The notes under the pieces were generated by a model that searched no databases, was not told where the DNA came from, and worked only from the letters and a program-made list of their open reading frames with translations. From assembly GCA_022708765.1 (NCBI GenBank), contig JAKIYB010000004.1, positions 1 to 26,743 of the forward strand: DNA of 26,743 nucleotides, read 5' to 3'. Positions 15,801 through 25,135 of the stretch are shown in pieces. Origin of the DNA: Armatimonadota bacterium. Its GTDB lineage: Bacteria; Armatimonadota; Hebobacteria; CAIYQO01. The first letter of the stretch is position 1, and every line of letters begins with the position of its first letter. The translations under genes and the position numbers were made by a program.

Positions 15801-15862
15801 CCCCTCTCCCAGCCAGGATGGCGGCTGGGGGAGGGGTGGCCTTCAGGCCGGGGAGGGGTGAG
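15801..15862 (+). repeat. REP-like palindromic repeat, copy 2 (extended variant)
   Basis: CCCCTCTCCCAGCC...GGCTGGGGGAGGGG, then a GGCC-TTCA-GGCC hairpin, then GGGGAGGGGTGAG. Confidence 0.65.
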
Positions 15863-15912
15863 CGCCGGCTGGGACGAGATGATGGAGTGCGACTGGAAAT
15901 ACAAACATTCGC

Positions 15913-15941
15913 TTGACAAGCAAACGTATTTGTGCTACATT
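15913..15941 (+). promoter_or_regulatory. Near-consensus sigma70 promoter with no protein gene directly downstream
   Basis: TTGACA-17 nt-TACATT with a TGn extension. Confidence 0.7.
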
Positions 15942-16071
15942 CCCACCCGTACCGTGACAACCGCATACCGTCCGTCCATCCAGCCCAGCGCGGAAGGGCA
16001 TCTTATACTAAGCATTTGCACGAAAACAATCTTTTATTTGCACTGCAAACCGGCCGAAGCTCTCTGCCCAA

Positions 16072-16094
16072 GCCCCCTTTCAGGGGGCGTTGTT
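16072..16094 (+). terminator. GC hairpin, possible intrinsic terminator
   Basis: GCCCCCT-TTC-AGGGGGC followed by GTTGTT (weak T-tract). Confidence 0.4.
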
Positions 16095-16111
16095 CAGTAG
16101 CCTGGCTCTTA

Positions 16112-16266
16112 TGCTCTTTGATATATGAATAGTGCTGTGCTCGGTACCCGGTTGGTCTGCGCGAACCGGTGCGTCCCTGCGGAGGGACGCCTGGCCGCAT
16201 GGCCTCGCAGGGGGCACTTCAGTGCCCGCATTCCCCACCATAGCGCTATGCATTTGTCAAAGAGCA
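16112..16266. mobile_element. 155-bp MITE-like element (alternatively a structured ncRNA)
   Basis: Imperfect terminal inverted repeats of about 21 bp (18/21) with TG...CA ends, flanked by TTA direct repeats (16109-16111, 16267-16269), enclosing four hairpins. Confidence 0.6.
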
Positions 16267-16297
16267 TTAGGGTCAGGCGAGTGGCCGCACGAAACCA

Positions 16298-16363
16298 ATT
16301 ACCCCCCATTTTGCGAAAATGCACAAAAACAGGGGGTAACGCCGGGGGGTAACGGGGGGTAAT
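16298..16363. repeat. GGGGGTAA triple direct repeat closed by a 10-bp inverted repeat
   Basis: GGGGGTAA at 16332, 16345 and 16355. ATTACCCCCC (16298-16307) is the reverse complement of GGGGGGTAAT (16354-16363). Confidence 0.7.
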
Positions 16364-16412
16364 GACTAAATCGTGCTCGTGTTCGTGCTCGACTTCACCC
16401 TCCACCCACGCG

Positions 16413-16442
16413 CAGACAGCGGGCATACAAACGTGCTATAAT
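16413..16442 (+). promoter_or_regulatory. Putative uvrA promoter
   Basis: TG-C-TATAAT (16434-16442) with CAGACA 18 nt upstream. Confidence 0.65.
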
Positions 16443-16481
16443 CCGGTGATTCATCCAGGCTCAACAGTGGCGGAACATACC

Positions 16482-19322
<2,841 letters not shown>

Positions 19323-19355
19323 TCAAACGAGCCACCCTCGCGGATGGCCCGAAAC

Positions 19356-21617
19356 TCATTCAGCCTTCTTCGTTGTCTTTTTCGCCGTCGGTTTCTTCGC
19401 CGTTTTCGCCTTCAGCGCTTCCACCTCTTCAGGGGAGAGGATGGTGTATTCGCCTTCAGGCGGCACCTGTTTGATGGTGCGGCAGCGGGGGAAGCCGCTG
19501 CAGCCGAGGAACTGGCCGCGCTTGCTGCTGCGCAGGGCCATCGGGCGGCCGCATTTTTCACAGGCGACGCTCGTCCACGGCGCGGGCTCTTTCACTTCGC
19601 GCGGCTTCTCGCCGGGCATCTGGCGGATGTTCTGGCACTCGGGGTAGCGCGAACAGCCAAGGAAGGGCCCGCGGCGGCTGCGGCGCTGCACCATCGGCGC
19701 CCCGCATTTCTCGCAGGGAGGATGTTCCGCCACCGCTTCCGGCGTGGCGGCATCGCCCTCCGCCTTCTCGCCGTCTTCCTCATCCTTCTGTACGAAGGTC
19801 TGCTCCTCGGCGGTGAAGGCGCACTCCGGAAAGCCGGTGCAGGCGACGAAGCGCCCGAACTTCCCCTCGCGCAGCACGAGCTGTTTGCCGCACTGCGGGC
19901 AGGGGTGCTCCAGCGGCACCGCCGGCACCTTGATGCGCTCCATCGTCTCCGTCGCGGTGTCCAGCGCGCGCTGGAAGGGACCGTAGAACTCCTCCAGCAG
20001 CTTCACCCAGTCGGCATCGCCGTCTTCCACTTCATCGAGCTGCCCTTCCATGCGCGCGGTGAAGTCGTAATCCACGATATTGGGAAAATGCTTTTCCAAC
20101 TGCTCCGTCACCACCATGCCCAGGCCCGTCGGGTGGAACTTTCGACTTTCCTGGAAGACGTAGCGTCGGTCAATGATGGTGCTGATGATGGCGGCGAAGG
20201 TGGAAGGGCGGCCGATGCCGCGGCTCTCCAACGCCTTCACCAGCGTCGCTTCAGTGTAACGCGGCGGCGGCTCGGTGAAGTGCTGTTCGGTGTCGAGTTT
20301 CTGAAGATCGAGCGGGTCGCCTTCCTTCACCGGGGGCAGGAATTCCGATTCCTGACGATCGGGTGACAGCGACATGTAGCCGGGGAAGATGACGCGCTGG
20401 CCGTTGGCGCGCAGCGTGTAGGCGCCGGCGGTCACGTCCACCACCATCACCTCCAGCACCGCCGCCGCCATCTGGCTGGCCAGGAATCGCCGCCAGATGA
20501 GCCGGTAGAGCTTGAGCTGATCGCCGTTCAGGTACTGCGTCATCGCGTCCGGCGCGCGGCTCACATCCGTCGGGCGAATCGCTTCGTGCGCTTCCTGCGC
20601 GCCCTTCACCGCTTTCACCTTGCGCTCGCCTTTTGGCAGGTAATCCGCGCCGAATTGCGCTTCGATATATGCACGAGCCTGCGACTGCGCCTCGTTGGAG
20701 ACACGGGTGGAGTCCGTGCGCATATAGGTAATGAGACCGGCGTGCCCGTCGGCGCCCAGCTCCACGCCCTCGTAGAGCTGCTGCGCCAGCGCCATCGTGC
20801 GCTTCGCGCTGAAGCCGAAGGCGCGGAAGGCCTCCTGCTGCAGTGTGCTGGTGATGAAGGGCGGCTGCGGATTGCGCTGCTGCTTCGAGACTTTCACGCC
20901 CGCCACCTGGTAGCGGGCCTGGCGCAGGTCGGCTTCGACGGCGCGCGCGGCGGCTTCGTCCCCCAGCTTGATCTTCTCGCCATCACGAGCGATGAGTTTC
21001 GCCTGAAACGCGGTCGCCTGTGTCTCTGGGGTGAGGTGCGCGATAATCGTCCAGTATTCTTCCGTCACAAAGGCGGTGATTTCACGTTCGCGGTCGCAAA
21101 TGAGCTTCACCGCCACCGATTGCACGCGTCCAGCAGAGAGACCTCGGCGAACCTTGCGCCAGAGCAACGGGCTGAGCTGATACCCCACCAGTCGGTCAAG
21201 CACGCGGCGCGCCTGTTGGGCATTTACCCGCTGCATGTCAATCTCGCGCGGGTGCGCCAGCGCGGCGGTCACCGCGCTCTTTGTGATCTCATTGAACTCA
21301 ATGCGCTTCGCCCCGTCCAGATGCAGCGCCTCGCGCAGATGCCAGGCGATAGCCTCGCCCTCGCGATCCGGGTCCGTCGCGAGGTACACGGTGCCTGCCG
21401 CCTTCACCGCCTTGCGCAAGCGGGACAATGTCTCGGACTTATCTTTGATCGTCACATACTCCGGCTCGAACGCGTGCTCCACATCCACGCCCAGCCCGTT
21501 TTCGGGCAGGTCGCGCACGTGTCCCATCGAGGCCATGATCTCATATTGATCGCCCAGATAGGTTTTGATGGTCCGCGTTTTGGCCGGGGACTCGACGATG
21601 ATGAGGGATTTTGCCAC
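19356..21617 (-). CDS. topA: DNA topoisomerase I with three C-terminal zinc ribbons and a Lys-rich tail
   Basis: IVESPAK, ATDPDREGE, SAGRVQS, LITYMRTDS, GIGRPST, three C..C...C.....C ribbons. GTG start with GGAGGT RBS. Confidence 0.98.
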   Translation of the reverse strand: MAKSLIIVESPAKTRTIKTYLGDQYEIMASMGHVRDLPENGLGVDVEHAFEPEYVTIKDKSETLSRLRKAVKAAGTVYLATDPDREGEAIAWHLREALHLDGAKRIEFNEITKSAVTAALAHPREIDMQRVNAQQARRVLDRLVGYQLSPLLWRKVRRGLSAGRVQSVAVKLICDREREITAFVTEEYWTIIAHLTPETQATAFQAKLIARDGEKIKLGDEAAARAVEADLRQARYQVAGVKVSKQQRNPQPPFITSTLQQEAFRAFGFSAKRTMALAQQLYEGVELGADGHAGLITYMRTDSTRVSNEAQSQARAYIEAQFGADYLPKGERKVKAVKGAQEAHEAIRPTDVSRAPDAMTQYLNGDQLKLYRLIWRRFLASQMAAAVLEVMVVDVTAGAYTLRANGQRVIFPGYMSLSPDRQESEFLPPVKEGDPLDLQKLDTEQHFTEPPPRYTEATLVKALESRGIGRPSTFAAIISTIIDRRYVFQESRKFHPTGLGMVVTEQLEKHFPNIVDYDFTARMEGQLDEVEDGDADWVKLLEEFYGPFQRALDTATETMERIKVPAVPLEHPCPQCGKQLVLREGKFGRFVACTGFPECAFTAEEQTFVQKDEEDGEKAEGDAATPEAVAEHPPCEKCGAPMVQRRSRRGPFLGCSRYPECQNIRQMPGEKPREVKEPAPWTSVACEKCGRPMALRSSKRGQFLGCSGFPRCRTIKQVPPEGEYTILSPEEVEALKAKTAKKPTAKKTTKKAE

Positions 21618-21652
21618 GGTCCGTCGTTACCTCCAAATTCGTAACGGGGTTC

Positions 21653-21681
21653 ATTCTACACACTCTCCCGCCGTCACGCAA
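21653..21681 (-). promoter_or_regulatory. Putative topA promoter
   Basis: TTGCGT-17 nt-TAGAAT, 35 nt upstream of the GTG start. Confidence 0.7.
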
Positions 21682-21794
21682 GGGATTCCCGCCCGCCATG
21701 CCTCGTTAAACCGTCCTGGCGGGCAAGGCGAGGGGGCGGCCGGCGATGCCGCCATTGTGATGCTGGTTCATGGCCTTCTCACTTCAACCATGTG

Positions 21795-21814
21795 AAAATC
21801 GCGCATGCGATTTT
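21795..21814. promoter_or_regulatory. Palindromic operator-like site
   Basis: AAAATCGC-GCAT-GCGATTTT, a perfect 8-bp inverted repeat ending 9 nt before the -35 of the TerY-P promoter. Confidence 0.5.
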
Positions 21815-21823
21815 TCGATAGAG

Positions 21824-21852
21824 TTGCGTATTGTTGCATTACACGATAAGAT
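21824..21852 (+). promoter_or_regulatory. Putative promoter for the TerY-P triad
   Basis: TTGCGT-17 nt-TAAGAT. Confidence 0.7.
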
Positions 21853-21942
21853 AAAAGGGGTATAGATGTATCTCATGCCGAAACGCGAGAGAAGATCGTG
21901 CGTATACATAGTATTAGGTGATCCTGCAGAGTAGGGGGAATC

Positions 21943-22605
21943 ATGCCGGATAGCTACCGTGTCGGAGATGCCATCGAGTTTGCAGAAAACCCGGAGCCCC
22001 GGTGCCCGTGTATCCTGTTGCTGGACGTCTCCAAGTCCATGCGCGGTGAACCGATCGAGGCGCTGAACCGCGGTCTGGCTGCTTTTCATGACGATCTGGT
22101 GCGCGATCCACTGGCCGCGCGCCGGGTGGAGATCGCCATCATCACCTTCGGCCAGGAAGTCAAGGTCATCCAGAATTTCACCGCGGTGGATGATTTCACC
22201 CCCCCTACGCTGAAAGCCGCCGGCCTCACGCCGATGGGCTCGGCGATTCTCAAGGCGCTGGATCTGCTGGAGATGCGCAAATCCGTCTACAAGGCCAACG
22301 GTATCGCATACTATCGCCCGTGGGTGTTCATGATTACTGACGGCAAGCCGAAGGGCGAACCGGAAAACTCCGTGCGCGAGGCGGTCCGACGGGTGCATGA
22401 GGACGAAGAGCAGAAGCGCGTGGCGTTCTTTGCCGTCGCCGTGAAAGGCGCCCACATGGAGACGCTGCGGCAAATCGCGGTGCGCCCGCCGGTAGAGCTC
22501 GAAGGGCTCAACTTCGTCGAACTCTTCGTCTGGCTTTCCCGCAGTACCCAGCAGATCGCCCATTCGCAAGTGCCCCTGCCGCCGCCCGGAGGAGGGGTAA
22601 TGTGA
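21943..22605 (+). CDS. TerY/YegL-like vWA domain protein
   Basis: PEPRCPCILLLDVSKSM (MIDAS DxSxS), G.TPMG.AI, YYRPWVFMITDG.P motifs typical of TerY/YegL. Confidence 0.92.
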   Translation: MPDSYRVGDAIEFAENPEPRCPCILLLDVSKSMRGEPIEALNRGLAAFHDDLVRDPLAARRVEIAIITFGQEVKVIQNFTAVDDFTPPTLKAAGLTPMGSAILKALDLLEMRKSVYKANGIAYYRPWVFMITDGKPKGEPENSVREAVRRVHEDEEQKRVAFFAVAVKGAHMETLRQIAVRPPVELEGLNFVELFVWLSRSTQQIAHSQVPLPPPGGGVM

Positions 22606-23402
22606 CCGGTCTGCCCCCGCGCGAACTCGCCACCTCGACGAAAGCACACTGGCATGTCGCCGGTGTGTCGGTGCGCGGTGTCTCGCACGTGAAGCGGAAT
22701 CAACCCTGCCAGGACGCCCACTTCTGGCGGGAATTCCCCGGCGCCGCCATGGTCGTCTCCGTAGCGGACGGCGCCGGCTCCGCCAGCCTGTCGCAGCTTG
22801 GCGCCGCGCGCGCCGCTGTTTCATCGGTGGATTGGGTCGCGGAGTTGATGAACGGGCAGTTGCCCATGCTCGACGAGGAGTGGCGACAACTGCTGCTGGC
22901 CGCGCTGGAAACCGCCCATGAATCGGTGACCACCGTCGCGGAAAAACGCAAGGTTACCACCCGCGAACTTGCCACCACGCTCATTCTCGCCATCGTAACC
23001 CTGGATACCGTCGCCTGCGTACAGGTGGGCGATGGTGCCTGCGTGGTGCTGACCGAGGAGGGCGAGGTCGAATCGGTCACCGCCCCGCAGCGCGGCGAGC
23101 ATCTCAACGAAACGTTCTTTTTTACCGCACCGAATTATCAGGAAGCCGCGCAGTTTTCCATCTGGCATGGCTCCGTGCGCGGCGTGGCGGTTTTTTCCGA
23201 CGGCTTACAAATGCTGGCGCTGAAGATGCCGGAAGGCCGGCCGCATCCCGCGTTCTTCATGCCGCTGTTCGACATGGTAGCCGCGCAGGAAAACACGCGA
23301 GAGGTGGAGGAGGAGTTGCGCGTGTTCCTCCAGTCCGACCGTATTACCGCACGCGCGGATGACGACCTGACGCTGGTCGTAGCCTCGATTCATCATCTCT
23401 AG
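22602..23402 (+). CDS. PP2C-like protein phosphatase (YegK/PphC type)
   Basis: SVRGVSH...PCQD, VADGAGSA, QVGDG, FSDGLQ, DDDLTL motifs. GTG start overlaps the vWA stop (GTGA). Confidence 0.92.
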   Translation: MTGLPPRELATSTKAHWHVAGVSVRGVSHVKRNQPCQDAHFWREFPGAAMVVSVADGAGSASLSQLGAARAAVSSVDWVAELMNGQLPMLDEEWRQLLLAALETAHESVTTVAEKRKVTTRELATTLILAIVTLDTVACVQVGDGACVVLTEEGEVESVTAPQRGEHLNETFFFTAPNYQEAAQFSIWHGSVRGVAVFSDGLQMLALKMPEGRPHPAFFMPLFDMVAAQENTREVEEELRVFLQSDRITARADDDLTLVVASIHHL

Positions 23403-23417
23403 CGTCAGGATAAGCCC

Positions 23418-24488
23418 ATGCGATTGCGACTTGAGCGAAGTGGAGAAATCCTCACTATCGCCGCCAACCCGATAGCTCGGGGCGGTGAAGCATGCTTGTA
23501 CCCCATCATCGGCACTGAGCTGCTGATCGCGAAGGTGTATCACCGCCCCACCGGCGACCGCGCGATGAAGCTGGAAGCGATGATCGCCCGCCCGCCGGTT
23601 GACCCGATGTCCACCCGTGGGCACCCATCCATCGCCTGGCCGACTGAGCGGCTCTTCACCGAGGAGGAACCGGCACGCTTCGTCGGATACGTCATGCCGC
23701 GCGTGGACAACATGCGACCGGTATTTTCCTTCTACAATCCGCGCACGCGGCGGAAAACCTGCCCGCTGTTCCACTACCGCTATCTGGTGCGCACCGCGCG
23801 CAACCTGGCGGCGGCGTTTCGCGCGCTGCATGAGCGCGGCTACGTGGTGGGCGACGTGAATGAATCCAACGTGCTGGTGAGCGAGACCGCCCTGGTCACG
23901 CTGGTGGATACCGACTCCTTCCAGGTGCCGGCGGAGGGGGGCGTCTACCGTTGCCCGGTGGGCAAGCCGGAATATACTCCGCCGGAGCTGCAGGGGGTGC
24001 GCTTCCGTGAAGTGGACCGCAAGCCGGAGCATGATAACTTCGGATTGGGCGTGCTGGTGTTCCTGCTGCTGATGGAAGGCACCCATCCCTTCGCCGGGCG
24101 CTATACCGGACCCGGCGACGTGCCGCCCCTGCCCGATCGCATCCTCGCCGGGCATTTCCCCTACAGCGCCATGCGCAAGGGACCGTACGAACCGATGTCC
24201 ACCGCGCCACCCATCGGCCTCCTGCATCCCGAGGTGCGTAACCTGGTGCGGCTCTGCTTTGATCACGGCCACGCCAACCCGTCGGAGCGTCCGACTGCCG
24301 CCGACTGGCAGCAGGCACTGGATCACGCGGAAAACAGTCTCACCACCTGCAAGACGAATCCGCAGCACGTCTTTCGCACCGGGTTCGGCGCGTGTCCCTG
24401 GTGCCAGCGCGCCGAGCGACTCGGGTTCGACACCTACCCGTCAAAGGAAGCCGTGCGCGAGGCGCTGCTGGCCAGCGCCGCATCCTGA
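23418..24488 (+). CDS. YegI-type Ser/Thr protein kinase with C-terminal Cys/His cluster
   Basis: GGEA, AKVYH, VGDVNESNVLV, LVDTDSF, GKPEYTPPELQ, DNFGL, C...PQH...CPWC. Confidence 0.92.
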   Translation: MRLRLERSGEILTIAANPIARGGEACLYPIIGTELLIAKVYHRPTGDRAMKLEAMIARPPVDPMSTRGHPSIAWPTERLFTEEEPARFVGYVMPRVDNMRPVFSFYNPRTRRKTCPLFHYRYLVRTARNLAAAFRALHERGYVVGDVNESNVLVSETALVTLVDTDSFQVPAEGGVYRCPVGKPEYTPPELQGVRFREVDRKPEHDNFGLGVLVFLLLMEGTHPFAGRYTGPGDVPPLPDRILAGHFPYSAMRKGPYEPMSTAPPIGLLHPEVRNLVRLCFDHGHANPSERPTAADWQQALDHAENSLTTCKTNPQHVFRTGFGACPWCQRAERLGFDTYPSKEAVREALLASAAS

Positions 24489-24490
24489 CG

Positions 24491-24967
24491 TTACGCGCCG
24501 CCCAGGCGCTGCTCCTGGTGATACGCGCGCAGGCGCTGTAAATGATTCGCTGACTCCGCGGACAACCGCTGCAGCGTCGTGCGCGCCCGCGTGTCGTCGC
24601 TCTCAAACACGTCGAAAAATCCGCGCTCGACGAAGGACTCTTCGATATCAATGCCGATGGCCAGCGCCGCCGACAGCGACAGGCCGTAGGCGTCAACTTC
24701 GCGTATTCGCTCGCGCAGGTAGCCGAGGAAGGTTCGGAAGGTGTCGGGGGCGAAACGGTTCTCACGGAAGGTGATCACCCCGGCCTGCAGCTTGTCCGCG
24801 AGATTGCGCACCCAGGTGGTGTGCGCGTCTTCTTCCCGCGCCAGGCCCTCCCAGAACGACTGATGCTCGGAAAAACAGCCGGCATAACGCCGATACAGCC
24901 GCGCTGTTGCGTCTTCGATTTCCGCAAGCAATTGCATGGCGTCCAGGTTCTGGTCAACTGTTGCCAT
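24491..24967 (-). CDS. Ferritin-like / rubrerythrin-family four-helix protein
   Basis: EIE...LY, LAREEDAH, DIEES and LSAESANH give a repeated E...E/ExxH pattern. GGAGG RBS before ATG 24967. Confidence 0.75.
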   Translation of the reverse strand: MATVDQNLDAMQLLAEIEDATARLYRRYAGCFSEHQSFWEGLAREEDAHTTWVRNLADKLQAGVITFRENRFAPDTFRTFLGYLRERIREVDAYGLSLSAALAIGIDIEESFVERGFFDVFESDDTRARTTLQRLSAESANHLQRLRAYHQEQRLGGA

Positions 24968-24993
24968 TCGCTCCACCTCCAAATCGCGCCGTT

Positions 24994-25022
24994 ATCATAC
25001 ACCGTATCCGATTTGTTGTATA
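24994..25022 (-). promoter_or_regulatory. Putative promoter for the ferritin-like gene
   Basis: TATACA-17 nt-TATGAT. Confidence 0.5.
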
Positions 25023-25100
25023 TTCTTCCTTTTATTTATCAGTGTAGATGATAAGGAACCGCGCGGGGAAGGGACGACCGCGGGCCGTGCCGTTCGTCTG

Positions 25101-25129
25101 TTTACGAATAGCCGCGTTTCTGGCACACT
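25101..25129 (+). promoter_or_regulatory. Putative promoter giving a leaderless transcript
   Basis: TTTACG-17 nt-CACACT with TGn extension, 6 nt before ATG 25136. No Shine-Dalgarno visible. Confidence 0.4.
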
Positions 25130-25135
25130 GTGGGT

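Noticed and set aside
15622-15862. Two repeats with a unique spacer as a mini CRISPR array, or as a DUF559 gene remnant
   Set aside because: Only two unequal copies, a spacer of about 140 nt and no cas genes. Translation of the spacer gives no convincing DUF559 motif.
16040-16090. GCAAACC...GAAG...AAGCC resembling a c-di-GMP-I riboswitch
   Set aside because: The arms around the GAAG loop (GGCC / CTCT) do not pair and the GACGCAAA motif is missing.
16069-16097. CAAGCCCCC-TTTC-AGGGGG...GTTCA resembling IS200/IS605 or HEARO end hairpins
   Set aside because: The stem is shorter than in those ends, and there is no tnpA, tnpB or iscB remnant nearby.
16332-16362. G-quadruplex
   Set aside because: Only three separate G-runs, and the segment pairs well with the upstream C-run instead.
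16371-16391. TCGTG(C/T) hexamer repeat as a possible LexA/SOS box for uvrA
   Set aside because: No GAAC-N4-GTTC or CTGT-N8-ACAG arrangement is present. I found no recognisable SOS box upstream of uvrA; this is treated as a short simple repeat.
16362-16481. 40-aa N-terminal extension of UvrA ([10 protein letters not shown]...) in the ORF track
   Set aside because: It spans the uvrA promoter and a hexamer repeat. Homology starts at ATG 16482.
22540-22605. Possibly shortened C-terminus of the vWA protein (HSQVPLPPP)
   Set aside because: It may lack a few residues relative to homologs as I recall them, but this region is variable and I cannot verify it without an alignment.
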